Shown: positions 1-10,027 of the stretch, one piece after another
How the letters are laid out: each line of letters starts with the position of its first letter
How positions within the stretch are numbered: position 1 is the stretch's first letter
Assembly (NCBI GenBank): GCA_016184225.1
Contig: JACPDA010000004.1
Location: forward strand, 6,800-70,799
Reading direction: 5' to 3'
From: Candidatus Daviesbacteria bacterium
Lineage (GTDB): Bacteria > Patescibacteriota > Microgenomatia > Daviesbacterales > UBA10151
DNA: 64,000 bases
The notes under the pieces: model-generated
Told to the model about the DNA's origin: nothing
Seen by the model: only the letters and a program-made list of their open reading frames with translations
The model's database searches: none
Position numbers and translations under genes: made by a program

Positions 1-272
1 CTGATGTAGATGGTATCTATACCAGTGATCCAAAAACAGATCAGACAGCCAAATTGATTCCGGAAATCAGTAACAAGAATTTTAATAAAGTTATAAAAGG
101 CCTAACTCCTACAAAAAGACACGATGTCACAGGAGAAATGCAAGGTAAGATTATTTCGCTTCAGCGTGGTCTAAAGGATGTACCTGTAGCGATTGTGAAT
201 GGGCTAAAAGCAAAGACCTTGCAGCAGGTGTTGATGCAAGCTTCAACCGGAACAAAGCTTCTTCTAAACTAA
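1..272 (+). CDS. isopentenyl phosphate kinase-like (amino-acid kinase family), C-terminal part; 5' end lies outside the window
   Basis: The translation ends ...DVTGEMQGKIISL...GTKLLLN; a DVTGG-type motif and a GT-x-I/L C-terminus are typical of the IPK/FomA kinase family. Context next to idi supports an isoprenoid role. Confidence 0.55.
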   Translation, partial: DVDGIYTSDPKTDQTAKLIPEISNKNFNKVIKGLTPTKRHDVTGEMQGKIISLQRGLKDVPVAIVNGLKAKTLQQVLMQASTGTKLLLN

Positions 273-834
273 TACCACTCTCGATCATATCAAACAGTTT
301 ATCTGGTATATAATCCTGTAAATCACCATACCTGTATACCTGCGGCGTATAACCAGCAGGATTTATTTTGTACGACAGATGGGCTTGAATCACTTTTCTT
401 GTGCCTGGCCTAATACCCAAATCTCCTACAGGAGCATTCAACACATCCTCAAATCTAGTCCACCCCAAGTCTGCAACTTCTTGCGACTCTGAACCGATTA
501 TTACATCTACATCCGGGGAAACTTCTAGCACTGATGCATGAAGAATCACTCCAGATCTTAATTCACATAAACAAAGTCTCGTAACTGCTCTAGGATCATA
601 CCTGAAGTTTTTAATCTGGATTTCCTCTCTTGTCAGTCTCTCAAAAGTCTGTGCATACTCTTCTCCGGGTTTAACCGTCTCCATGGGCAGAGTTAACATT
701 CCAGCTACTTTATGTGTAGATCTTTTACTCGTCAACTCTCTTAGCGTCAAAAATCCCCGACCAGGATCCTCAGGAACAACAATTAATGCACCCACACCTG
801 CGACTCTTCCCTCTAGCCCTTCTGTTCTGATCAT
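151..834 (-). CDS. hypothetical protein with a weak dUTPase/dCTP-deaminase-like segment (LRSGVILHASVLEV...DVDVIIG); the C-terminus overlaps the convergent kinase gene
   Basis: Long ORF whose start overlaps the idi stop (ATGA-type overlap). I recognise no firm motif, so the real start and the C-terminal extent are uncertain. Confidence 0.35.
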   Translation of the reverse strand: MIRTEGLEGRVAGVGALIVVPEDPGRGFLTLRELTSKRSTHKVAGMLTLPMETVKPGEEYAQTFERLTREEIQIKNFRYDPRAVTRLCLCELRSGVILHASVLEVSPDVDVIIGSESQEVADLGWTRFEDVLNAPVGDLGIRPGTRKVIQAHLSYKINPAGYTPQVYRYGDLQDYIPDKLFDMIESGISLEEALFRLKLASTPAARSLLLAHSQSLQVHPLDHAEAK

Positions 835-1370
835 GCTTTAAAGAACCTTTCTTTTTTTAACAGTTCAACTGATTTGATTGCCCAAGGAGAATAATTTTTA
901 GGATGAGCTTCAATATCTTTCAAAAATTCCTGCATATCCACCCATTTGTAGCCATAACCTACCGCCAGGTTTAACTTAAACTGGCCGTTATACTCCCCGA
1001 TCAAAAGATAGCAATGCTCGTTCTCGCAAAGCCCATCGTATTTAGCAAAGTAATTAAATGCTCCCAGATTTTTTAATGTAATATTATCTATATCATACTC
1101 TACTTTAAGGCATCGTTGTGTTGCTTCTTCTAAAGTTTCATCAGTATTATTTCCCCTGTGCAGCGGATGAGTAGCTCCTGTCACATCCCAAATATTATCA
1201 AAAACCTGGTGTTTCCTTTTTTGCAGTAAAACTTGTCCTTTGTAGTTGTAAAGCAGCACAGCAATGGCCAGATGCCGCCTACCTTTTCCGGTATGACCTA
1301 CTTTTTTGGGAATATACTTACCACTAAATACACCTGCCCCATTGCAGGCTAAAATTAACTGATCGTCCAT
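831..1370 (-). CDS. idi: isopentenyl-diphosphate delta-isomerase type 1 (Nudix-fold IDI)
   Basis: HLAIAVLLYN...LLQKRKHQVFDNIWDVTGATHP and a Cys/Glu-containing core resemble type-1 IPP isomerase. The size of about 180 aa also fits. Confidence 0.6.
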   Translation of the reverse strand: MDDQLILACNGAGVFSGKYIPKKVGHTGKGRRHLAIAVLLYNYKGQVLLQKRKHQVFDNIWDVTGATHPLHRGNNTDETLEEATQRCLKVEYDIDNITLKNLGAFNYFAKYDGLCENEHCYLLIGEYNGQFKLNLAVGYGYKWVDMQEFLKDIEAHPKNYSPWAIKSVELLKKERFFKA

Positions 1371-1423
1371 ATCTACCTGTATATAATTAGTCGGGAGAAA
1401 CCCTAAAACCCCACGAAGTTTTT

Positions 1424-1673
1424 AAGAAATAACCTTAAGCTCTCTTCCAACTTTAGCAAAAGCCGCAATACCAAGATCCAAATCTTTTTTATCGTGGGCT
1501 GCAGAAGGTATCACACGAACTCTATCTTTTCCTTTGGCAACCATGGGGAAAACAATCGGTGTGGCAAAAACATCCAGCTCAAAAAGTTTAGCGCTAAACT
1601 CCCTGGCTAAATTCTCATCACCTAACACCACCGGAGTAATTGGAGTCTGAGAATGACCAGTATCAAATCCCAA
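1424..1673 (-). pseudogene. truncated duplicate of the kbl 3' end (about 250 bp, roughly 90 percent identical to 5384-5633)
   Basis: The ORF 1422..1673 translates to [14 protein letters not shown]...[14 protein letters not shown], nearly identical to the last 83 aa of the Kbl-like protein at 5382..6581. The nucleotide alignment is visible by eye. No upstream part of the gene is present here. Confidence 0.8.
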
Positions 1674-1782
1674 TTTCTGAAACTAAGGATGTCGGAAAAG
1701 TGAAAGTAAAGCTTAAAGCATTAGACTTCGTCAAGGACATCATTGTAAATATTCCCGGAGAAGGTGCTAGGCTCTCACAAAA

Positions 1783-2067
1783 TCACCTTTTTGAAGTTTC
1801 CGAGTGAAGACAAGTAGAAGCTGGTTCCTTGCATTTAGAACAGGTTTTCTCGCTCTCACCTGTTCTTGCAGGACCACTAAAATAAATTGTGCCTACGGGT
1901 AATTTTTCTTTTTTGAGTAATTCTTTAATACTTTCAACGACCAACACTCTTCCAGAAGTCTGCGGCCTGCAAGGAGCGCAAGAACCGGCAAAAGGACAAC
2001 CTTCACACCCGCTTCTTGCCCGCATAGCCTTAACAGAACCTCTTTTCAGTATTTCAACTGCCGCCAT
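1783..2067 (-). CDS. small Cys-rich Fe-S-cluster-domain protein (RnfB N-terminal-like; motif CEGCPFAGSCAPC followed by SGRVLVVESIKELL)
   Basis: A C-x2-C-x5-C-x2-C motif, followed by a segment resembling the GGEAVMLKIAELL region of RnfB N-termini. It is transcribed divergently from pflB. Confidence 0.45.
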   Translation of the reverse strand: MAAVEILKRGSVKAMRARSGCEGCPFAGSCAPCRPQTSGRVLVVESIKELLKKEKLPVGTIYFSGPARTGESEKTCSKCKEPASTCLHSETSKR

Positions 2068-2135
2068 AAACTGATATTATAACTCATCTCCAAAAATAGT
2101 GCCCCTATTTGAGCTAAAGATGATATACTCAGCAA

Positions 2136-4361
2136 ATGAACAAAGTTTTCCAAAAGGGTGAATGGGAAAAGGTAATCGATGTCAGAGATTTTTTATACCA
2201 CAACTTAATCCCCTACAGCGGAGGCGCAGAATTCTTAAAAGGCCCCTCAGAAAAAACCAAAAAGCTTTGGGATATTTGTAAAAATCTGCTTAAAAAAGAA
2301 GCTGCAGCAGGCGGAGTTTTAGATATTGACACCAAAACAATTGCAACTGCTGTCAGCCACAAACCAGGCTATATTAAAAAAGATCTTGAGCTTATTGTTG
2401 GTTTACAGACAAATGAGCCATTAAAAAGAGCTATAAAGCCCTACGGAGGCATCCAGGTGGTTGAGCAAGCCTGTGAGGACTACGGCAAAAAACTTGACCC
2501 AAAGGTAAAAAAGCTTTTTACTACATACCTAAAAAGCCACAATCAGGCTATATTTGATGCTTACACAGAAGAAATCAGAAAATACCGCTCAAGCGGCGTA
2601 ATTACAGGCTTGCCCGATAACTACGCCAGGGGCAGAATTATCGGTGACTACCGCCGGGTAACTTTATACGGCATAGACCGTTTAATTGAAGAAAAGAAAA
2701 AAGACCATGCCGGAAAAACAGGTTCCATGACAGATACGGAAATCAGGGAGCGCGAAGAAATTGGCGAAGAAATTCATGCCCTGGATTTAATTAAGGAGAT
2801 GGCTGCCTCATATGGCTTTGATTTAAGCAAACCGGCTCAAAATGCCAAGGAAGCAATCCAGTGGACTTATTTTGCCTACCTGGCAGCCTTAAAGGAGCAA
2901 GACGGCGCAGCTATCAGTCTAGGCTCTGTCAGCGGGTTTTTTGATATTTATATTGAAAAAGATATTGCCGAAGGAAACTTAACGCAGGAACAGGCCCAAG
3001 AGCTTATTGACCAGTTTATTATTAAACTGCGCCTGGTCAGACAGCTACGTATGAAAGAATATGACCAAATCTATGCCGGCGACCCAACCTGGTTGACTGA
3101 AAGCTTAGCCGGGATGTTTTTGGACGGCCGCCATAAGGTTACCAAAACCTCTTACAGGTTTCTGCAGTCGCTGTATAACCTTGGCGCCGCTCCCGAACCA
3201 AACATCACAGTGCTTTGGTCTGAAAAACTGTCGCAGAAGTTTAAGGAATTTTGCGCCAAGGTCTCTATAGATACATCTTCAATCCAATATGAAAATGACG
3301 ACTTAATGAGGGAAATTGCCAATTTTGATGATTACGGCATTTCCTGCTGCGTATCCCAACAAAAAATGGGATCGCAAATGCAGTATTTTGGCGCCCGGTC
3401 CAACCTCCCTAAAGTTTTGCTTTTGGCTCTAAACCAGGGCAAAGATGAAAATGCAGCTGTAGTTTTGGTACCGGGGATCAGTCCCCAACCAGAAAGAGCT
3501 TTGGATTTTAACAAGGTCATGGCAGAGTACAAAAAAACTCTTAGCTATGTAGTAAAAGTGTATGTAAATGCCATGAATATTATTCACTACATGCATGACA
3601 AGTATTATTTCGAACGGGTACAAATGGCTTTGCTGGACACTGACTTAGACAGATTAATGGCCTTTGGTATTGCCGGCTTATCAGTTGTGGCAGATTCCCT
3701 GTCTGCCATTAAATACGCCAAAGTAACACCTATCCGGGATGAAGATGGAATCACGAAAGACTTTGTTATAGAGGGGGATTTTCCAAAATACGGCAATGAC
3801 GATGACAGAGTTGATAACATTGCAAAAGAATTGGTTGACAGTTTCAATGAAGAACTAAAAAAACACCAAATCTACCGGGGCGCCAAGCCAACTTTGTCTG
3901 TACTGACAATTACCTCAAACGTGATGTACGGCAAAAAAACCGGCGCCACTCCTGATGGCAGAGCCAGCGGCGAACCTTTTGCCCCTGGTGCTAACCCCAT
4001 GCATGGCCGCGACAGCCGGGGCGCCATTGCCTCCTTAAATTCCGTAGCCAAAATTGATTATAAAAGTGCCAGGGATGGTGTTTCCAATACCTTTTCCATT
4101 GTTCCCCGGGCATTAGGCGCTACTAAAGAGGAACAAACCGATAACCTAGTGGCTTTAATTGATGGTTATTTTCATAAAAAGGCTCAACATCTAAATGTTA
4201 ATGTCCTAAACCGGGAAACCTTGCTTCGGGCTATGGCCCATCCTGAAGAATACCCCCAACTCACCATCAGAGTCTCAGGATATGCTGTTAATTTTGTTAA
4301 ACTCTCCCGCGAACACCAACAGGAAGTTCTGGCCAGAACCTTCTTTGAGTCAATGAAGTGA
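2136..4361 (+). CDS. pflB: pyruvate formate-lyase (formate C-acetyltransferase), glycyl-radical enzyme
   Basis: Collinear with E. coli PflB along the whole length. The glycyl radical motif RVSGYAVNF lies near the C-terminus and the active-site CCVS-type cysteines (ISCCVSQ) are present. Confidence 0.95.
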   Translation: MNKVFQKGEWEKVIDVRDFLYHNLIPYSGGAEFLKGPSEKTKKLWDICKNLLKKEAAAGGVLDIDTKTIATAVSHKPGYIKKDLELIVGLQTNEPLKRAIKPYGGIQVVEQACEDYGKKLDPKVKKLFTTYLKSHNQAIFDAYTEEIRKYRSSGVITGLPDNYARGRIIGDYRRVTLYGIDRLIEEKKKDHAGKTGSMTDTEIREREEIGEEIHALDLIKEMAASYGFDLSKPAQNAKEAIQWTYFAYLAALKEQDGAAISLGSVSGFFDIYIEKDIAEGNLTQEQAQELIDQFIIKLRLVRQLRMKEYDQIYAGDPTWLTESLAGMFLDGRHKVTKTSYRFLQSLYNLGAAPEPNITVLWSEKLSQKFKEFCAKVSIDTSSIQYENDDLMREIANFDDYGISCCVSQQKMGSQMQYFGARSNLPKVLLLALNQGKDENAAVVLVPGISPQPERALDFNKVMAEYKKTLSYVVKVYVNAMNIIHYMHDKYYFERVQMALLDTDLDRLMAFGIAGLSVVADSLSAIKYAKVTPIRDEDGITKDFVIEGDFPKYGNDDDRVDNIAKELVDSFNEELKKHQIYRGAKPTLSVLTITSNVMYGKKTGATPDGRASGEPFAPGANPMHGRDSRGAIASLNSVAKIDYKSARDGVSNTFSIVPRALGATKEEQTDNLVALIDGYFHKKAQHLNVNVLNRETLLRAMAHPEEYPQLTIRVSGYAVNFVKLSREHQQEVLARTFFESMK

Positions 4362-4365
4362 CGTT

Positions 4366-4445
4366 TTACGTCATCCTGAACTTGATTCAGGATCCATACA
4401 ATTATTTATATAGCTCCCCCGATTAAATCGGGGGATGACAAAGAA
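4366..4445 (+). promoter_or_regulatory. two stable stem-loops in the pflB-pflA intercistronic spacer
   Basis: gtcatcctgaacttgattcaggatcc and tcccccgattaaatcgggggat are both perfect hairpins. No T-tract follows them, so this is more likely an mRNA processing or stability element than a terminator. Confidence 0.4.
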
Positions 4446-4450
4446 AAATT

Positions 4451-5176
4451 ATGCTGCAAGTTCACTCCATTGAAACATTCGGCACCCACGAGGGACCGGG
4501 CATCAGGCTGGTTATCTTCATGCAGGGGTGCAATTTCCGCTGCCTGTATTGTCATAACCCCGATACCCGTTCTTTAAAAGGCGGCACAAAAATGAGTTCC
4601 GAAGAAATCATTGAGCTTTTAAAAAAGCAAAAGCCTTATTTTAAAGATACAGGGGGTCTGACTGTTTCCGGCGGAGAATCCCTGCTGCAAAGGAAAGCTT
4701 TACTTGATCTTTTTACCAAAGCCAAAAAGCTAGGTTTCAATACTACCCTGGACACCAATGGTTCTATTCTTGATGATGATACCAAAAAACTTCTAGAAGT
4801 AACTGATTTGGTATTACTGGATGTTAAACACATCGACCCGGTCTGGCATCAGACAGTTACCAGCGCTTCTAATGAACCAACGCTTAGGTTTGCCAAATAT
4901 CTGAAAGAAATCAATAAGTCAATGTGGCTACGCTATGTTTTAGTCCCCGGCTACACTAACCAAAAAGAATTCTTAGAAAAATGGGGTGCCCATTTTAAGG
5001 ATTATAAAAACATTGACAGGGTAGAAATTCTACCCTTCCATACCTATGGATTTTACAAATACAAAGAACTAGGCATTGAAAACCCGCTGTCAGATTGTCC
5101 TGTTCCTACTGAAAAAGAAATTCAGGAAGCTCTGACTATTTTCGAGAAATACTTCAAATCAGTATATGTCAGATAA
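4451..5176 (+). CDS. pflA: pyruvate formate-lyase activating enzyme (radical SAM)
   Basis: CNFRCLYCHNPDT radical-SAM cluster motif. The 241-aa size and the position immediately after pflB match. Confidence 0.93.
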   Translation: MLQVHSIETFGTHEGPGIRLVIFMQGCNFRCLYCHNPDTRSLKGGTKMSSEEIIELLKKQKPYFKDTGGLTVSGGESLLQRKALLDLFTKAKKLGFNTTLDTNGSILDDDTKKLLEVTDLVLLDVKHIDPVWHQTVTSASNEPTLRFAKYLKEINKSMWLRYVLVPGYTNQKEFLEKWGAHFKDYKNIDRVEILPFHTYGFYKYKELGIENPLSDCPVPTEKEIQEALTIFEKYFKSVYVR

Positions 5177-5381
5177 ACCCCACGGCCCTAACCCGTATGA
5201 TACAATATAGTCATGGAAAATATGGATAATGGCCCAGTTGCCATAATTAAAAAGATTGCTAATCCATTCCGTAGGAATGGTGAAAGATCGAAAATCCCTT
5301 CCACCCCCGATCTTTCAGACCATCAGCCGACTCTACAAGAGCCGGGGATTTTAGGTGACTTTCTCAAAAGCGAATATCCAC

Positions 5382-6581
5382 CTAAGAAATAACCTTAAGC
5401 TCTCTTCCAACTTTAGCAAAAGCTGCAATGCCAAGATCCAAATCTTTTTTATCATGGGCTGCAGAGGGTATCACACGAACTCTATCTTTTCCCTTGGGAA
5501 CCATGGGGAAAACAATCGGTGTGGCAAAAACATCCAATTCAAAAAGCTTGGCGCTAAACTGCCTGGCTAAATTCTCATCAGGTAGCATCACCGGAGTAAT
5601 TGGTGTCTGGGAGTGGCCGGTATCAAATCCTAACTTTTTAAACTCTTCCCGTAGGTAATTAGTATTATCCCACAGCTTCTTAACCAGCTCATCTGATTCT
5701 TCCAGAATTTTAACTCCTTCCAAAACTGCGGCTGTATCCGCAATTGTTAAAGCATTTGAAAATAAAAATTGCCTGGCTTTTTGCTTGTAAAAATTAATCA
5801 AGGTGGCTTTCCCGGTGATAAAGCCACCCATCACAGAAAAAGCTTTGGACAGTGTCCCCATTTCAATATCCACCTGCCCATGAAGATTAAAATGATCAAC
5901 AATACCCCGGCCGCCTTTACCCAATACCCCTTCCCCATGTGCATCATCAACCATAGTTAAAACCCCATACTTTTTAGCCAGTTCCACAATTTGCGGCAGC
6001 GGCGCTAAATCTCCATCCATAGAAAAAACACCATCTGTCACAATTAAAATTACAGGCTCCTCTCCATTCTCTTTTGGGGTCTTTTGCAACTCCACCGCCT
6101 CTTTAAGCCGCTCTTCCAGCTCACCCATATCCAAATGTTTGTAGATAAACTTATTTTTAACCTGGGACAGCCGGATCGCATCAATAATAGAAGCATGGTT
6201 TAGCTCATCGGAGATCACAATATCTTCTTTGCCAATAATGGTAGCAATGGCCGCGCAATTGGCCATGTAGCCGCCGGTTAAGACAATAGCCGCCTCAGCT
6301 CCCTTAAACCGGGCTAGAGCTTCTTCCAGTTGAACATGCAAGGTATGAGTACCTGCCAGAGTCCGGTAACCTGTGCCGATACCGTATTTATCCACTGCCT
6401 CTTTGACAGCTTCTTTTAGTCTATCATCTACAGCCAACCCTAAATAATGGCTGGAGCAAAAATTCAGTTTTTTCTTCCCATTAATGGTAAGGTACGCCCC
6501 TTCCCCTGATTCAATCACATAAGGAATTTTGCCACTTTTCACTGCTTCTGCAAGATTGCGATAGAAGTCCGTAGTATTCAT
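5382..6581 (-). CDS. kbl: 2-amino-3-ketobutyrate CoA ligase (glycine C-acetyltransferase), PLP-dependent family
   Basis: The fold-type I aminotransferase class II signature (AONS/Kbl family) is present. It sits in an operon with a threonine dehydrogenase. Confidence 0.85.
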   Translation of the reverse strand: MNTTDFYRNLAEAVKSGKIPYVIESGEGAYLTINGKKKLNFCSSHYLGLAVDDRLKEAVKEAVDKYGIGTGYRTLAGTHTLHVQLEEALARFKGAEAAIVLTGGYMANCAAIATIIGKEDIVISDELNHASIIDAIRLSQVKNKFIYKHLDMGELEERLKEAVELQKTPKENGEEPVILIVTDGVFSMDGDLAPLPQIVELAKKYGVLTMVDDAHGEGVLGKGGRGIVDHFNLHGQVDIEMGTLSKAFSVMGGFITGKATLINFYKQKARQFLFSNALTIADTAAVLEGVKILEESDELVKKLWDNTNYLREEFKKLGFDTGHSQTPITPVMLPDENLARQFSAKLFELDVFATPIVFPMVPKGKDRVRVIPSAAHDKKDLDLGIAAFAKVGRELKVIS

Positions 6582-7600
6582 GGCTCCAGAATTATTTTAC
6601 CGCATTGCCTGCTTTTCATCACCGCCATGGCTTTATCAAAATCTTTTAAGCGAAATTTATGGGTAATGATTTTAGATAAATCAACTTTACCTGATTTCAA
6701 AAGGTCTGTGGTCTGGTGCCAAGTTTTCCAAAGCTGCCTGCCAAACACCGAACGGATAATCAGCTCTTTATTTATTAAGTATTTGCCCCAATCGATAGAA
6801 ATATTCTCCTTAGGTATACCAAAGGCTATAATCGTACCGGCGATCCTGACTGCATCAAAAGCTACCTCTATCCCTAACCTATTACCGCTCATCTCCAAAA
6901 CGGTGTCAAAACTGTTATGTTCTTTAATATCCAACACATCCACTACCCTATCAAACCAGCCGGTTTTCATGGCTAATTTCCGTCTGTAAGGCTCATCATT
7001 TACCCCCACCACTTCTTTGGCGCCGGTGGCCCGGGCCACTCCTCCCGCACAAAGTCCGGTTGGCCCCAGCCCCATAATTAAGACTTTTTTACCTTTGACT
7101 TTGGCTTTACCCACTGCATTGACAGCATTACCCAAAGGTTCCTGAACACTCATCGCCTCAATCGAGATGGCAGGATCATTCTTCCAGGTAGTTCGCAAAG
7201 GAATGGTGGCATACTCGGCATAAGCCCCATCCCGACCGATGCCAAAAAGCTGGATATTTTCGCAGACATGGTAATTTTTAATCTTGCATTGGAAACAGTT
7301 TAGGCAGAAGATGTGAGTTTCAGAAGAAACCAAATCCCCGACTTTTATATCGGTTTTTTGTTTTGTATTAACTTTTAAAACTTTTCCTACCATCTCGTGA
7401 CCGATGATTGTTGGTGGTTTAATATGAGCGGCTGCCCAGGGAATCCAGTCATAAATGCCGATGTCCGTGCCGCAAATTGAAGCGTAAATTACTTTGACCA
7501 AAACCTCATCTTTACCTGGTTTTGGAATGGGGACTTTTTTTATTACAACACCGGGAGCAGCACTAACTTTAACAACCGCCAGCATTAAATTTTTCTGCAT
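6578..7600 (-). CDS. tdh: L-threonine 3-dehydrogenase (zinc-dependent MDR family)
   Basis: Zn-ADH motifs are present (CGTD...GHE, structural-zinc Cys cluster). It overlaps the kbl start, the classic tdh-kbl pair. Confidence 0.85.
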   Translation of the reverse strand: MQKNLMLAVVKVSAAPGVVIKKVPIPKPGKDEVLVKVIYASICGTDIGIYDWIPWAAAHIKPPTIIGHEMVGKVLKVNTKQKTDIKVGDLVSSETHIFCLNCFQCKIKNYHVCENIQLFGIGRDGAYAEYATIPLRTTWKNDPAISIEAMSVQEPLGNAVNAVGKAKVKGKKVLIMGLGPTGLCAGGVARATGAKEVVGVNDEPYRRKLAMKTGWFDRVVDVLDIKEHNSFDTVLEMSGNRLGIEVAFDAVRIAGTIIAFGIPKENISIDWGKYLINKELIIRSVFGRQLWKTWHQTTDLLKSGKVDLSKIITHKFRLKDFDKAMAVMKSRQCGKIILEP

Positions 7601-7732
7601 AAATAATCTTGGGCTATAAGATTACCATGATAGCATTGAAAAGCTCGTTACACAAGAGGATAGGCTGTTATTCCTGCAGCTGCCCAGGGGGTATATCTTT
7701 TGGGAAAACCGCTAAAATAATTTGGCTATCAC

Positions 7733-8500
7733 TCATACACGGCCTTCCAGAACAGAAATGACCAGATATACCACTACTACTCCCAAAAGGAGCATTATAG
7801 TTTCCCAAAAGGCCACTTTCTGATTATCCCGGTTATGTATTTCCGGGATCAGATTTGCTAAAGCAATATAGATAAAAAAGCCGGAGGTAAGAGCCAAAAT
7901 AATAGGCAAGAATTTCTCAATACTGCCTTGATACAAATAAATCAAGATAGCTCCTGCTAAAGCTGAAAGAGCGCTAAAAAGATTGATCAAAAGCACCTTT
8001 TTTCTTTCTAAGCCCTTGTTAAGCATCAGCCCAAAGTCCCCTATCTCTTGTGGGATCTCATGAGCTGCCACTGCCAAAGAAGTCACAATCCCTAAAGGAA
8101 TGCTGATTAAAAAAGTAGCAGCAATGGCCATGCCATCGGTAAAATTATGCAGCGTATCTCCGATCACCACCAAAGGGATGATTGATTTTTTTTCTTCTTT
8201 AAGGACACTGGTGTGATCGTGATGATGGTGGATAAACCGCTCAAGTAAGAAAAAGATCAGGATGCCTAAAAGAATCCAAAGCGGCAAATTTATATCCAGT
8301 CCTCCTTCTTCCATATATCCCGTAGCCTCCGGCAGCAGATCAAAAAAGGCAGCAGAAAGCAGCGCTCCGGCTGCAAATGAAGATAAATAATGGGAAATAG
8401 AAAGAGCAAACTTTTGTTTAACTAGCAGCAGTATTCCGCCAATTAAAGACACCACACTGCCTATTAAAGTAAAGATGATGATGTATGCTAAAATCCCCAT
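7733..8500 (-). CDS. zupT: ZIP family zinc/iron transporter
   Basis: Multiple TM segments, an HHHHDH loop, and the HNFTDGMAIA and HEIPQEIGDF metal-binding helices typical of ZupT/ZIP. Confidence 0.8.
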   Translation of the reverse strand: MGILAYIIIFTLIGSVVSLIGGILLLVKQKFALSISHYLSSFAAGALLSAAFFDLLPEATGYMEEGGLDINLPLWILLGILIFFLLERFIHHHHDHTSVLKEEKKSIIPLVVIGDTLHNFTDGMAIAATFLISIPLGIVTSLAVAAHEIPQEIGDFGLMLNKGLERKKVLLINLFSALSALAGAILIYLYQGSIEKFLPIILALTSGFFIYIALANLIPEIHNRDNQKVAFWETIMLLLGVVVVYLVISVLEGRV

Positions 8501-8502
8501 TT

Positions 8503-9249
8503 TTAAAGCAGCGGATCTATGACGGCCTGGAAGGCAGAATATGGTTGGGCGCCGACTATAATCGTACCGGTAATAGTGCCTGAGGGATCTGATTTTCCCA
8601 CAAAGAAACTCGGTGTGCCGGAAACTCCGGCCGCACTGCCATCAGCCACATCTTTTTTAATCTCTTCCGCATACTTTTCCGAATCAGCACAAGATTTCAA
8701 ATTTGCCTTGTTTAACCCCAAATCAGCAGCGAATTGGTAGACCTCGTCTTTTGTTAACCCGTTGCCGTTAGATTTGGTTTTGGTAAATATGCTGTTGTGG
8801 AATTTAAAGTAAGCGCTATCTCCCCCTTGTTCCTTAGCACAGTTGGCAGCCCCAGCTTCAAAGGTGGCCATGGGATCATGGAAAGGCAGAGGATAATCGC
8901 GAAAAACCATCTTCACTTTACCCGTATCTATGTAATCTTTTTTTAAAGAAGGGTAGACTTGGTCGAAGTGTCTTTTACAAAAAGGGCATTCATAATCAGA
9001 AAATTCTATCAAGGTTACTTTGGCATCTTTACTGCCCAAAACCGGATCATCATCTAAAGACACTTTGACTGAAGTTGGTTGCTGGGGAGCTTGTGGGACT
9101 TGCGGAGAAGCTACCGGGGCAGTGATTTTCGTACCGGCTGTCTTAGGGGCAATTTTAATAATTCCCCCGTGAATTAAGATAGCGATTGAAATAAGTACTG
9201 ATCCTAACAGAATAGACATCGGGATCGTTAAAAAGGAGTTGCGTTCCAT
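8503..9249 (-). CDS. membrane-anchored DsbA-like thiol:disulfide oxidoreductase
   Basis: N-terminal TM helix, Pro/Gln-rich linker, a CPFC active site and a DsbA-like fold region. Confidence 0.75.
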   Translation of the reverse strand: MERNSFLTIPMSILLGSVLISIAILIHGGIIKIAPKTAGTKITAPVASPQVPQAPQQPTSVKVSLDDDPVLGSKDAKVTLIEFSDYECPFCKRHFDQVYPSLKKDYIDTGKVKMVFRDYPLPFHDPMATFEAGAANCAKEQGGDSAYFKFHNSIFTKTKSNGNGLTKDEVYQFAADLGLNKANLKSCADSEKYAEEIKKDVADGSAAGVSGTPSFFVGKSDPSGTITGTIIVGAQPYSAFQAVIDPLL

Positions 9250-9284
9250 TGTCCTTTAGTCTAAAGAGAAAAATGATCACTGTC

Positions 9285-9450
9285 AAGAATGGAAACTTTT
9301 AGAAGCAGCGAAATCACAAGTAAACAAAAAATGTTGAGGATTTTGTGCTAACTGCCCCCATGCCATCAGATTAATGGTATCCACAAAATACTCACAAGCG
9401 AGCAAGTCTCTACTGTGCGAGCGATTTTTTGTACTGTGACGAGCTGCTTA
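9285..9450. repeat. intergenic repeat module of about 150 bp, copy 1 (related to 35915-36062; partial copy at 10812-10850)
   Basis: Shared blocks aaaaaatgttgaggattttgtgc ... ccacaaaat.ctcacaag.gagcaagt ... gtgcgagcgattttttg ... gacgagctgc. The module contains a conserved 12-bp stem (gaggattttgtg / cacaaaat.ctc). Confidence 0.6.
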
Positions 9451-9451
9451 C

Positions 9452-10027
9452 CTAATTATACTGATTTTGGGCTTTTTCTAAACCCTTTTCCAAAAGCAAA
9501 TTAAGCGCTTTGATTGCTTGTTTCATTATATGCTTAACCTGATGCTTTTCTGATTGCACAAAAGGCTCCAACACAAACTTTTCCACCACTCCTGTGGCCG
9601 GGCCAATTCCCAATCTCACTCTTATAAATTGGTCTGTCCCTAAGGCTGCAATAATAGATTCCACTCCATGATGCCCGGCTGCTGCCCCACCCATCCTGAT
9701 TTTAATTTTACCTAAAGGAAGGTCTAAATCGTCATGGACCACAATAAGGTCAGTAGTTGGTAGCTTGTAGTAAGTAGTCAGGAGTTTAATAGCCATACCA
9801 GAATTATTCATATAAGTTTGGGGTTTAGCCAGAATAAGTGACAAGTGATTAGTGCTAAGTGATAAGTCAAGGCGCAGAATTTCAGATTTAAACTTTTCTT
9901 TGTACTCCCACTTTGCACTTTGCACTTTGCACTTTGCACTTAACTCCTCCACCACCATAAAGCCTAAATTATGCCTGACACCAGCATATTTTTCTCCCGG
10001 GTTTCCCAGTCCCACTATTAGTTTCAC
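9452..10027 (-). CDS. pth: peptidyl-tRNA hydrolase carrying an in-frame repeat-derived insertion (KCKVQSAKW...)
   Basis: MKLIVGLGNPG...RHN start and an HDDLDL motif. The extra segment, relative to canonical Pth, is encoded by the TTTGCAC/TAAGTGC tandem repeats at 9844-9940. Confidence 0.9.
   Translation of the reverse strand: MKLIVGLGNPGEKYAGVRHNLGFMVVEELSAKCKVQSAKWEYKEKFKSEILRLDLSLSTNHLSLILAKPQTYMNNSGMAIKLLTTYYKLPTTDLIVVHDDLDLPLGKIKIRMGGAAAGHHGVESIIAALGTDQFIRVRLGIGPATGVVEKFVLEPFVQSEKHQVKHIMKQAIKALNLLLEKGLEKAQNQYN

Noticed and set aside
3332-3847. Three minus-strand ORFs of 64 to 80 aa inside pflB
   Set aside because: They are fully embedded antisense to a strongly supported conserved gene. 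They have low-complexity translations and no motif.
9844-9940. Tandem heptamer arrays as a possible CRISPR array
   Set aside because: The units are 7 bp with no spacers, they are translated in frame, and no cas genes are present. This is simple-sequence repeat architecture, not CRISPR.
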